Position numbers and translations under genes: made by a program. The notes beneath the pieces were generated by a model. The model made no database searches and had not been told where the DNA came from. It saw only the letters and a list, made by a program, of their open reading frames with translations. DNA of 64,000 nucleotides from Trichonephila clavata (lineage: Eukaryota). The stretch's first letter is position 1. Each line of letters starts with the position of its first letter. The stretch lies in NCBI GenBank assembly GCA_019973975.1, contig BMAO01019611.1:12564-76563 (forward strand), written 5' to 3'. Shown piece by piece: positions 52,326 to 64,000 of the stretch.

Positions 52326-55150
52326 TGACTGAAACAAAAACCTTTTTAATTTCTTAGCCAAACATAACAGTGGGGATCCATGAGAAGTTATCTATTTAGA
52401 ATTCCACAAGAACTCAAGGAATTTTAAATATTTCCTTCTTCCCATCCTTTCAATTATTGGATGTAAACTCGTAATCATTTTATCTTTTAGGAAATTTTGT
52501 TTCGTAATTAAAGGGTCTCAGGGGTGTTAACTTTCTCGGAGGGCTGAAAATATAAACAATATTCAAATATATATAACTCTTTGAAATTAAAATTAAATAA
52601 TTCGAACCTTTTACACATTATTTATACAGGAAAAGGGGCTTCAGAAAAGTGTAAAATGTTTAAAATATAATCATAATTTTAAAAATTATAAGCATATGAA
52701 AATAAGAAATATTTCTATATTAATTACGTTGCGCATGCTACTTTCTTAAGTAGTAGCTTTAATTACTAGAAATAAATTGATTTATAAAGTTAAATGTATC
52801 CTTATCACACCGCGTAGTATTATTAAATAAATAGAATAATAAATACTAATTTTTTTAAAATAAAAAAATTAAATTTTCAAATTTTTTAAAAAAAATTTTA
52901 GTATTTTAAAATACAAAAGATATATTATTCTTAAATTAGCAGGGCTTAAAGAGTATGATACATTTTATAATTCTATAAAGTTTTATACATCAAAAGCTAC
53001 TATTTTAGAAAATAGCGTGCACAACGCAAAAATTACTTAATATTTATTACAAAATTATTTCTTATTTGCATTTGATTATAATTTTTAAAATTAGGATTAT
53101 ATTTCAAACACTTTGTACTTTTTTGAAACCATAATCCTTTGTAAATATAAGTAAAAGATTCGAATTATTTAATATAAATTTAAAAGAAATATACCTGTTT
53201 GAGAAAATTGTTTATATTTTCACCCCTCTAGACAAAATTAATACCTCTGAGACACCTTAAAACGCTTTTATGTCTCGAATATTTGCATAAGAGGCTTACG
53301 TATAATCTAATCATTTTATTCAACAATTCGGTGCTTGCTCTCTTTTTCAGAACTATATTTACCCACTATAAGAATATCGCAACACAAATTCATGCACTTA
53401 GTGGCAAGAAATGGAGTTATCTATGCTAAACACTCGCAGTCGACGTAAATTATGATAGCGAGTCACGGCAAAATGTTGGCACCACAACATTTATAAAGCA
53501 GAATAAGAAATTAAAGATGAAAGGAAAAGAAATAAAAAAAACAGATTACTGCTCTTTAACGATTCAAAATACGTCAATGTGCACAATACCTAGGTAAAAT
53601 GCAAAAAACTCTTCTTTTAGATAATACCATACTGAAAAGCAACAGATCTACCAATTTGCAGATTAATTAGGTATTATCCCCATGGACGGATTTTGCATTT
53701 TAGGATAATGTACACACAAAAACTACTACATTATAAACTCCCTAAATTCCTATACACTATCAAAGCAATTTCACTCTAGCTCTATTATAGAGGTTTCTAT
53801 TCTTAAAAACACCTCCTCCTGCAATATTGAAAATATTTATGCTCTCTGAATTGACCACCACTTCTTATCAATAGACCGAGGGGAACAGCATCTTCCAAAC
53901 TCCTGTTCATACCTTCATCACAATAAACTTGATAATGACTTGCACGAATTTCCTTTTTAGAGAAGGAGATTATATTGTATAAATAAGCAGGTGAAGGAGC
54001 CAAGGCGTAATCTGTATGTTAAATTCTAAAAATCTGTTAATCTAAGGGATTCTATCTGTTGAACCGCCAAGCTTCCCTCTTGAGTACGCATCTACAACTA
54101 GATACTTTTTCGAAGTATTGATTTCAAAAACACCATGGAGTTGAATACTGTTATTAATATTAACTCCTCCATTGAAAAGTTTTTCATGCCCTCAGTTAAA
54201 AACAATCAACATCCTTCATCTTAAAACTCCATTCACTTCTTAACTCGCAACAAAAATAGAAGATGAAACTAAGAGCAGTGTAGATAAACCCACCTGAATT
54301 TAATAGGCATCAAAATTAGATTAAAACAGAAAAACAAACAAGAGAAATAAAAAGGAAATCCTATTTATAGAAGTTGTAGCGGCACCTCCTTCTGTAAGTC
54401 GCAAAAAAAAAAAAAAAAACAGTAATAAAAAGCCCTTAACGATTTGCCCAAATAGGGATTCCTTTCGTCTCAGTCGTGCACTTCGAAACCGAAGGTGGCC
54501 AGTTCAAATAGCACTGCACCCAAGCAGCATTCGAGGTTTACCATGGGTCTTCCTCCCCTCCTTCACCAACAGCTTGTAATTGAAAAGTAAATCCAGAAAA
54601 TAATTCTTTTTTGAATATAAATAAGAAAACTTTCTCTAAGAATATACAGAGTGAGACAAAAGATGGATCTTTCGAAACTACTGCACGTATTACAATAAGA
54701 GATACATGAATGTAAAGCATTGGCGTAGTTAGGTATCCAAAGGCCCTGGTGCAAAAAATATATAAAAGCCCTGTCTTGGTTTTATCAAGCAAAAAATAAA
54801 TAAATAAAAAAATAAAAATATATGGATATTTTAAATATACAAAGCTATTTTAACACCAGATCCTTATCGTGCTCTACACAACATAGGAAAGCAAAGCTAC
54901 GTACTACATACAAGTATGTGTATGAGGTTTTTTGTGTGAGTTTTAGTGATCAAAACTTGGTTCAATTTATCACCACAACAGACCTCTTCCAGAACAACTG
55001 TGAAGAGTTTAGGAACTGCCGGAACCGGAAGACGAGAAGTAAAGTAATAGATAACAAAAAATTAAAACAATAACGAACAAGATTACAGTTTATAACATAG
55101 GTATAAGGAAATAAAAAGATGTAGATAAAAGGTTGATTACATGAAGGTCG

Positions 55151-55425
55151 GGCGAGTGAGTGAATATTAACGTCGCACTGTTCAGCTATACGAGGACTTT
55201 TGGAGACGGACCTCGTCATTTTGAACCATGGTCAAGTGACGAGGACAACACCTAAGCTGGCACCCCCTCTCCTAACTACCGCACGCCAACAAAGGAAGGA
55301 CGTTTGAGCTCTCTATAGATTTAATGTGCATTGCTCCCCTACATGGTGGATCTTTAGTGGTACTGGGCTCGAACTCATGACATGCCAGCCACGATCCGAT
55401 ACCTGGACCATTAGGCTACCGTGAC
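55151..55425 (-). repeat. tRNA-derived SINE, family 1 copy
   Basis: It is homologous over its full length to 33506-33785, including the tRNA-like head. Confidence 0.7.
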
Positions 55426-55554
55426 CTCAACATGAAGATCGGACTTACCTATTAACAATAAATTAATAATTTGGTTCACATTCGTTTCATAGCTTTAGTT
55501 TTCGCAAAAGTTCCAATAACTTTGGTTAAATTCAAGGTTAATCCGACTTTGTTT

Positions 55555-55960
55555 TCAATTCCTACTATAAGTTCACTCGTCTTCATTTTAGTCCATTGAC
55601 TCTTCTGGTTTCTTACATTTTACAGTTCTAACTCTGTTTCATGCTATACATACGCTTAGTTAATTCTAGTACAATATACTTTTCCATCATTTTTTATATT
55701 GTGTTTCTTGAAATCTGGTTTAAATCTTCTAGTTTTGTTAGTGGTATAATTTAGTACTATGAATTTTATTATCTGTGTATTTCTCTCATTTTATGATACT
55801 ATATATATATAATATATTTATATATATAATACTTTTTATATTTATCCATTCAAGTTGAAATACGTTTTTTTAAACTTATAGGTGGATGACACTTGATGTT
55901 TATTCAGTTTTTTCAAACATTTATTAATTAATTGAATTAAAAAATGAATAAATTGTAACA
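55555..55960 (+). repeat. Family R repeat copy
   Basis: It shares TTTTCAATTCCTACTATAAGTTCACTC and TAGGTGGATGACACTTGATGTTTATTCAGTTTTTTCAAA with the 24-kb copies. Confidence 0.5.
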
Positions 55961-56794
55961 AAACTAATAATTCTACAGCATATGTAGAAAAGGAAAATCT
56001 TTCACTGTGTCCCTGTTGCCTAATGTATAGTGCGTTGGACTTCAAATCCAAAAGTCGTGGGTTTGAATTTCACCTAGGATAGCCTAATTCCTGAGAATGT
56101 GATTTCTTTTTGACTATACTATTTTATTTGAATAATCAAATTTAATTAATGAATAAATAGTAAACAAAAAAATTGTCCAACACTATACATAGAAAGGAAA
56201 ATGGAAAATTGCAAGGAAAATCGTGTTTTGTCACTTAATATTGTGATTCTGTCATATGTATATAAATATTTATATTAATTGTAAATATTTAATAAAAAGC
56301 AACTAAAAAATTTTTTTTCTTTGTTGACCTGTGTAGGAATTGACTTAAAATTTTTTTTTATATATTACTTGTTTTCAATTTCTTTTAGTGATAAGTGTCG
56401 GAGTCGAGCCTGGCCCCCACTTTTTCTTAGATAATGTTAAATTATTTTTAATTTTCTAAATGATCTTTCAGCTGCTGCAGAAGTGACAGGCATTGTATAG
56501 AATAATTCTTTTTTTTATCAATAATTTTAGTTTTTAAATTTATGTAATACTATTCGTATGTGGTCGAGAGAGTATTTACTGATGTTAAAAGGTAGGAAAA
56601 ACGTAATGCTACGTTACAAAACGTTGTTGGTGAATCCCTGGCTATTTATTTATTAGGAAGGATTGAACCCACACCCACCAAAGAGCTTAGAGCAGGGCCG
56701 GCTCTAGCAATTTTGCCACCCCGGACAGAAATGAAATATATATATATATATATTATATATATAAAGGAGAAAAGCAACTGACTGGCTGACTAAT

Positions 56795-59050
56795 CACGAT
56801 ATATCCGGAACTGTTCCTAATACAGACTTGAAATTTGGTAGACATGTTCCTTTCATAGAGTAGAGATCAGCTAAGAACGGATTTTTTTCGAAATTCTAAC
56901 CGCAAGGGGCGTTACCCGGGTTAAAGGGCGTTATAAATAATTGTTTCCATTTTTAAACTACTCGACGCACAATCTTGAAATTGAGTAAGTAGATTCCTTT
57001 CATAGAGTAGAGATCCGCTACAAAATGAGTTAGGTGAAAATCGACCCCCAAGTGGCGTTGCGGTGGCTTAGATAATTATTTCCGTTTTTAAACTATTAGA
57101 CGCACAGTCTTTAAAATTGATAAATAGATTCCTTTCGTAGAGTAGAGATCAGTTACAAGATGAGTTTTGTGAAAATAGCCCCCCCAAGGGGCGTTGTGGT
57201 GGATTAAGGGGCGTAATAGATAAATATTTCCGTTTTTAAACTGTCATATCTACCTGCTTGAAAATTGGTAGGCATGTTTCTTTCATGGAGCAAATATCCG
57301 CTACAAAATGGGTTTCGTGAAAATCGAACCCAAGTGGCGTTGCGGGGACTTACGGGGCGTTTTAGATAATTATTTCCATTTTTAAACTATTAGACGCACA
57401 GTCTTTAAATTGATAAATAGATTCCTTTTATGAGTAGAGATCAGTTACAAGATGAGTTTTGTGAAAATAGTTCCCAAGCGTTGCGGGATTAAGGCATAAA
57501 GATATATTTTCGTTTTTAAACTGTCATATCTACCTGCTTGAAAATTGGTAGGCATGTTTCTTTCATGGAGAAAATATCCGCTACAAAATGGGTTTCGTGA
57601 AAATCGACCCCCAAGTGGCGTTGCATGGCTTAAGGGGCGTTGATAATTATTTCCATTTTTAAACTACTCGACGTACAATCTTGAAATTTGGTAAGCAGAT
57701 TCTTTTCATAGAGTAGAGATCCGCTACAAAATGAGTTTGGAGAAAATCGAACCCAAGTGGCGTTGTGAGGGCTTAGGGCGGCTTTTTAGATAATCATTTC
57801 CATTTTTAAACTATTCAACGCACATTCTTTAAATTTGATAAGTCGATTCCTTTCATAGATTAGAGATCAGCTACAAAATGGGTTTTGTAAAAATAGTCCC
57901 CCCCCCAATTGGTTTTTTCGCGGGATGAAGGGGTTAATAATATTTCCGTTTTTAAACTACTGGACGTACCTGCTTGAAAATTGGTAGGCATGTTTTTTTC
58001 ATGGAGTAAAATCCGCTACAAAATGGGTTTGGGGAAAATTAACCCCAAGGGATGTTGAGGGGGTTAAAAGGCGTTATAAATTCCGATTTTTAAACTATTA
58101 GACGTACAATCTTGGAATTATGTAAGCGGATTCCTCTTATAGGGTAGAGATCCGCTATAAAAGGGTTTCGTTGAAATTGACTCCCAAGTGGCGCTACGGG
58201 GCTCAAGGAGCATTATAGATAGTTGTTTTCATTTTTAAACTACTGGAAGTACAGTCTTGAAATAGATAAGCAGAATCGTTTCATGGAATAAAGATGCGCT
58301 ATATAATGTGTTTTGTGAAAATCGACCACAGGTGACGTTGCGGGGCTCAGGGAGCGTCATAAATAATTATTCCCATTTTTAACTATGAGACGTACAGTCT
58401 TGAAATTTTGTAAGCAGATTCCTTTCGTATTGTAGAGAACCGCTACAAAATGGGTTTCACGAAAATCAAACCAAAAGTTTCATTTCGGGAAATTAAGGGG
58501 CGTAATAGATAAATATTTCCGTTTTTAAACTGTTATATTTTCCCGCTTGAAAATTGGTAGGCACGTTTCTTCCTTGGAACAGAGTTTTTCTAACAAAAAG
58601 TAAAACGAAAATAGACCTAAGGATGGTTGCGAAGGGTCAAGGGGAGTTATAGAAAAAAAAAATTACTGTTTTTGAATAGTTATACCCCCGTACTTGAAAT
58701 TTGTTAAGCATGTTTCTTTTGTTGAATAGGGAATTACTAAGAATGTATTTTACGGAAATCAACTCCTGGGGGAGCAGGGGGTTACTGGGGGGCGTATTGA
58801 AAAAAATCTCCTTTTTTGAACCAACAAGGACTATAATAATGGAATTTGGTTTGCATTTTCATTTTGTTAAATTGAAATCTGCTAAGAACAGTTATATTGG
58901 AGAACGACTCAACGAATTACAGAGGTTATGGATAGTAAAAACTTCGTTTTTGCTGCATTAGATTTAGACTTTAAATTTGTCTTGCATGTTTATTTTACGG
59001 AGTAGAGATCCACCAAAAATTGGTTTTGCGGAAATATACTTTCTTATAGG
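56795..59050. repeat. Tandem array of about 15 monomers of roughly 145 bp, with monomer subtypes alternating as a ~290-bp higher-order unit and decaying toward the 3' end
   Basis: The spacing of TTCC(A/G)TTTTTAAACT... units is 136-147 bp. Blocks such as 57081-57370 and 57373-57650 are near-identical dimers. No ORF is conserved across the units. Confidence 0.85.
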
Positions 59051-59446
59051 GTTACGAAAGTGCAAGCTTCATTCTATACTTCAATTTACAGTTATAATTA
59101 TATTTTTCAACATAATCGAATTCTTAATGCTAGGGGTTAGATATCAAAAATTTATACATATATATATTTCTATATAAGCAGTATATATTTATAAAATATC
59201 GTGAAATACCCAGCGAAGCGGGTGAGTAACGGCTAGTGTATATATATATATATATATATATAGCCAATGCAGCTAAGCCATTTAATCTATCTTTAAAATT
59301 TGTGAACTGTAAGAAATTTTTTATTAATTTAAATTTTGAGAAACTATCTACACTTGCCAAACTTATTAGCAAAGAAAGTAAAATAAATGCAATAGCAAGA
59401 TTTGGAGCAAATTCTAAAACAGAAATAAATTTTAAAACTTCAACTG

Positions 59447-59486
<40 letters not shown>

Positions 59487-59577
59487 CTGCTAAAGCTGAA
59501 ACTGACATTATCTCATCTGCTCAGTCAAGCGCGTTTACATCCAATGATTCTCCGTCGGTCAACATCATTTCTAGTTT

Positions 59578-60813
59578 TTAATTAAGTAAAGTTTTAAGGG
59601 TATCTCTTAAATCATATATATTGTACAAAAATTGAAAACAATTACTGTCAGTACTCATTAAATTAAATCTGCATTCCAAAGCATTAACTGTTTCGTTCAA
59701 TGTAAAAAAAAATAAAACTATGTTGAATTTTAATTTAGGATATTCCATCGGATCATCTTGTGCTTCATAATTAAAAATTACATTTTTCCATCGAACTCTG
59801 TGGCGTGGCTGCGTCACCTCAAAGTTAGTAGAGATATCAATCTCGACGGCCAGTTCTTTTGCATCACAGTGCATTTTATCAAAAGTCACATCCTTAAAAA
59901 AATCTTTACAATTGCTTGAGAGTTCCATAGTAGATGGTAGATCGTAATATTTTGTTTGCAATAGTTTGCTTATTGGATTTTAATGCAATTAAAGATTTTT
60001 ATACCAAATAATGATGGCCATAGGAACTTGAATTGTTAAGTAGAATTTAATAATCCAGAGGCCTCATCTCTTATAGAGTTGTCAATTTCAGCATTATTAT
60101 CAAAACTAAGCATCATAAAAACCTCCCAATTGATAACTTGAGGGTTTAATAGTCTCTATTCAGCTTTCCCAGCTATTTACACTAAGTGGCTTTAAAGTTT
60201 TATGCCCTTTATACATTTTAATAATATAACCCAATGCAAAGTTGATGGGGGGAAATATTTTTTGAACTAGATTAAAAAAAGTACAGGCTTCTAAGGATGC
60301 TTCTGCCATGTCATTAACGACCAAATTTAAAGAGAGGCTACTACATGGCACATAGACTGTTCACGGATTTAACGTTCTTATTTTAAATTGAGCCCCTGAT
60401 TTCTCGCCTTTCATATTCACTCTGTTATTGTAGGTCTGCCCCCGCATATTTAGCAAATTTAGCCCCTAATTTTTTTTAAAGTTTCTCAACTATTAAATTT
60501 TAAATTTCTCTTCCAGTTAATCTTTCAACTGGAAGGAAACAAAAAAAAAACTCGCATCAGTTTTAACGATAATTTCGTTAAAATTAGATTTCTCAATACA
60601 TGTATATCTTACTATAAATGTCATTTGTTCGATCTTGCTGGCATCAGGGGCGCAATCTAAAATTATCGAATGATATTTAGCTTGTTTAATTATATGAACA
60701 ATGTATAATTTAATATTCTCATATAAAAGAGAAATTATCTCGTTCTGAATATTTTTCCGTAGATAATGTACTTTAACTTCTTCCTTAAACTTCTTCCATA
60801 TTTTCCATAACAA
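59578..60813 (-). pseudogene. Degenerate hAT transposase (ZMYM1-like) in three frame-shifted pieces
   Basis: The minus ORFs are 60517-60813 (KYHSIILDCAPDASKIEQMTFIVRY), 60160-60351 (LNLVVNDMAEASLEACTFFNLVQKI...TLKPLS) and 59578-59961 (the hAT C-terminal region with FKDVTFD...LECRFNLMS...FQFL). The N-terminal part is missing. Confidence 0.65.
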
Positions 60814-61837
60814 AAAAAAGTTTTAAAATTTTGTCCAAATGCTGCCCCTAAAATTTGCCGCCCCGGACATGGGTCCGGTTTGTATAAGGCCCTAGAGCCT
60901 CCCCTGCTTAGAGCTATAAAGTAGTCCACTAGAAAATGATAAAAAAAAAATATGCATGAACAAGAAAATGCAGAACATTATTTTTTTTTTAAAAAAAATC
61001 CACCTTTTCAAAAGAACAGAGGTGAGGGGAAAATAAAATCCATCAGTCTCTAGCAGATACGAGTAGATTACGAAATATTCAAACAAGAAACTAGCTTATT
61101 ATGAATCATATTGTTATTGGGAAAAAAAATGTAACCAGGAAGGAACTGCTTCCTGTGTAGGTTTTTTAAGATGTAATAATAAGTATGGTAAAATTATCCA
61201 CGAAAATTACTTTTGCTTAACTTCCTTGGTTCCCTTGTACCACATGTGATTCAAAAGTTTCATAATTTTTTGTGAAGGCTGAACAACAAAAACAAATTTG
61301 GGACCGGTTGTATCGCAAGAAATTTAAAGTGAAATACCTCATATAATTTCCTCATTTAGTCAACAGATAGCAGTACCTGTCCATGATAGGTTTTTCTAGT
61401 ATATAGCGTCTCTGAATCAAAACAAGATATGTGCAAGGCGTCGTAGGAAGTATTTTTTTTTTCTTATTTATATACACACACACAAATATATTAAACTATT
61501 TTTAAAATATGATTTTTTTTTGTATATGTACTTTTTACTAGTTAACAGCAAAAAAAAAGAAATTTTTAGTAAAATAATTAAAGCAATGATTTGTGAAATT
61601 TGTTTGTATCACTTATGATGATACAATGGGACCCAATCACTTTGAACACTTTTTAAGACAATTTTGTTTTAATTTTTAGTTATATTTTTTTGGGGGGAGA
61701 GAAAATTGATAGAAGTATTTCTTGAGTTAAAATCTTTAGTTGAGGAGTTTGTTTTCCATTTTTACTTGATAATCTTTAATTTAATAAGTATTTTTTAATG
61801 AAATATTTGAAACCACACAGATGAAATTTTAGAGAGG

Positions 61838-62122
61838 ATGAATCGCGATGATTCTGATTTGAGTTCACTGTCAGATGAAGATGATTATCAAAGTGATAAT
61901 GGAAGTGAGATGGATGATGATGATGAAGATCAAGATGTAACTTTTGACTTTTCTGCTCCCACTCAATGGGGAATACATACAGATAAGTTCAATCCGGTTT
62001 CATTTGATTTTCAGGAGGTAGGAGGCTTTAAATATCAAAGTACTCTGTGGCGTGCGTCAGCACCCACCTCATTCGTCTTAACTGGAACCAACTTGCGAGC
62101 AGAGAGAAGTGAACTGATATGA
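61838..62122 (+). pseudogene. Possible piggyBac-like transposase N-terminal fragment (an acidic stretch, then W...F.P..F.F....G)
   Basis: The ORF reads MNRDDSDLSSLSDEDDYQSDNGSEMDDDDEDQDVTFDFSAPTQWGIHTDKFNPVSFDFQEVGGF. No downstream DDE domain is present. Confidence 0.3.
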
Positions 62123-63492
62123 ACGGACACTCAGAAAACCTGTCTTCTTTCGGACACTCGCACTCACTTCTCTCTCTCTGACTCGCACGAGGAAAGACCT
62201 TTATTCAATGTCCATGTTAATTAGTAATTATTATAATATTCTAATTCTGTAAATTAAATATATGTTTAACCTTTTTTAGCATTCATTTTACTATTTATAT
62301 GGCGTGGAATAAACCTTAAATAGATACTCACTTCCCGCCATATACTGCACTTATTGAAAATTTTATGGAATATTTAGATGGATGTTTTTCTTAAGATTTG
62401 ACAAATTTTAGTAACATTCGATGCGTGACATGTACCGGCAAGAGCATTAATGCTACTAGAAATGGTTTCAAGGCATTTTTTTTCTCTCTCTCTCTCTCTC
62501 TCACTAAAAAAAAATAATGTTATTGTAATAATATTTCTAATATGTACCCCAAAAGCCAATAAAATTTAATTTTCATGTTGAACTTATGAATTGAATGTAT
62601 TGTGTGATTAATAACTAAGAATAAACGAATTACTTCAACCTTGCTTAATACTTAAAATTTTTTTATTGTAGTGTCTTGTTCCTGATGTATCACATGTGAT
62701 ACATCCCTCCTAGCTTCTATAAATTAAAAAAAATTTATTCCTTTTTTCAACATCATAGTAATCAAAACACTATTTAAGAACCTCTTACAAAATATCAAGC
62801 TATTATTTTTGTCTTGGGTCTGTGAAAATTATAGAAGAATGAAAATTTGGAAATAGAATAAGCTTTTCAAGAAGTGAAGTTTGCAACACCATACAAACAA
62901 TGGAAAAAATTTAGGGGAATACCCTACTAGTTCGAAATTACTTTCAACTGAGTTACGATGATAATAGTTGCGCTCTCAGCAACCTTTTACATTTATATCT
63001 TAAATGAGGGGGGAATTATGAAAAGTTCTACTTAATGCGTAATCGGAGTCCGAGGGCCCCCTAAGCTTGAGGGTCCCGGTTCACGGCACCGCCTAGCCCA
63101 TTGGTAGCTACGCCACTGCCGTAAAGGGAAATATACCATTTTTTTTTCCATTACAAATGTTTGATGTGTGACTCTTTTGTCACACATCACAACACTTGCG
63201 TCCAATCTGTAATCCAGTTCGTTCCATACATTTTGTATCATTACTCTATCAATGGTTTGCAATGCTGCATAAATGCTTACTCTTAACGTTCTCTACTATT
63301 TGTATCAATTGCCAATGATGCGGATTGAAATTTAGTCATTTTTGTAAAATGTTCCATACCTTTTTCTGGGGCATTCCAAATTCACAGGTGGCAATTCTAA
63401 TAGGCAAAAACTCTTTATCATTCTCTACATGCTTGAATTCTTCATCATAGCGACCTTGAATGTGCTGCAAACAGTTGATCATTGGTAGGGGG

Positions 63493-63934
63493 CAGGGACG
63501 TCTTAAGACTTCTAGAGGCCCTTACGCAAAAGTAGACTCTGGCCCCTGCACAAATGTAGGCCCCATTTATGACCTATAAAAGTAGATAGTGCATTCTTTG
63601 TCAAATACTCGTACGAACCCGAAACAAAAAATGTGTATGACTAACAATCGCACAAACTGGCTCAACCGACTGAGACCATTAGACTGAATGAGTAATGATG
63701 GTATATGGTGGTAGGCCTAGGCCTATACATGAACGATGGTCATTTCACGTAGCCAGTTGACATATCGTCTGAAATTACCAATTCTTCGTAGAATACAACC
63801 GGAAGGAACTTTTGACCGTAGAAATTATTCGAATCATGATCTTATTAATGTTGAGTCGAGAACGAGACGAGGACCCCATTGTGACCTAAGCCCTGGGCGC
63901 GGACCCAGTTGGCCTATGCCTTAAGACGTCCCTG
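63493..63934. mobile_element. hAT-type MITE (442 bp) with an 8-bp TSD
   Basis: The TIR is CAGGGACGTCTTAAG(A/G)C at both ends. The flanking octamers are GTAGGGGG and GTAGGAGG (7 of 8 match). A 63-bp mini-copy of the left terminus lies at 3653-3715. Confidence 0.6.
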
Positions 63935-64000
63935 GTAGGAGGGGGATTAATATATTTATCTTCACATTCACGTATCACTTATAGTAATATGTGCCGTAGT

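Larger units (their letters stand above)
56693..60906. mobile_element. hAT-type element (about 4.2 kb) carrying an internal satellite-like tandem array and a degenerate hAT transposase
   Basis: The termini are CAGGGCCGGCTCTAG and, by reverse complement, CAGGGGAGGCTCTAG. The 7-8 bp direct repeat CTTAGAG(C) flanks both ends. The subterminal direct motif TTTGCC(A/G)CCCCGGACA is present at both ends. Confidence 0.65.

Noticed and set aside
56795-59050. The regular array of similar ~145-bp units could superficially resemble a CRISPR-like array.
   Set aside because: This is a eukaryotic sequence. The units are contiguous 145-bp monomers without unique spacers, and there is higher-order (dimeric) periodicity. 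It is satellite DNA inside a transposon.

Overview
This window is AT-rich eukaryotic nuclear DNA, most likely from an invertebrate metazoan; the species cannot be determined from sequence alone. There is no prokaryotic gene organisation here.

I can support one host gene: a complete major vault protein (MVP) gene on the minus strand. It has 14 coding exons totalling 874 codons, from the ATG at 46463 to the TAA at 13292-13294, and spans about 33 kb. I identified it by hand-aligning translated exons to the MVP/vault-repeat architecture; exon order and reading-frame phases are consistent across all 14 exons. Exon 7 (28763-28913) appears to carry a +1 frameshift.

The introns and flanks are saturated with transposable elements whose ends I could read directly:
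- Three Tc1/mariner DNA transposons. One (4861-6264) has 30-bp TIRs, a TA TSD and a transposase broken only by a single TGA. One (24411-25836) is inserted into another repeat. One (~37100-39990) is itself interrupted by a Buster-type hAT-N element (37878-39658) with an 8-bp TSD.
- A compact LTR retrotransposon (40233-44177, minus strand, Ty3/gypsy-like gene order) with 161/171-bp LTRs, a 5-bp TSD (ATTAT), a polypurine tract and decayed ORFs.
- An internally deleted mariner (31001-31569), a Tc1/mariner-type MITE (31970-32300), and two hAT-type MITEs with 8-bp TSDs (51242-52124 and 63493-63934).
- Two families of short tRNA-derived SINE-like repeats.
- A ~4.2-kb hAT-type element (56693-60906) that carries both a degenerate ZMYM1-like hAT transposase and a ~2.25-kb internal tandem array of ~145-bp monomers with higher-order periodicity.

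No rRNA, no convincing functional tRNA and no CRISPR array were found. There is no evidence here for a novel defence or metabolic system; the interesting biology is the TE-invaded MVP locus and the satellite-bearing transposon.
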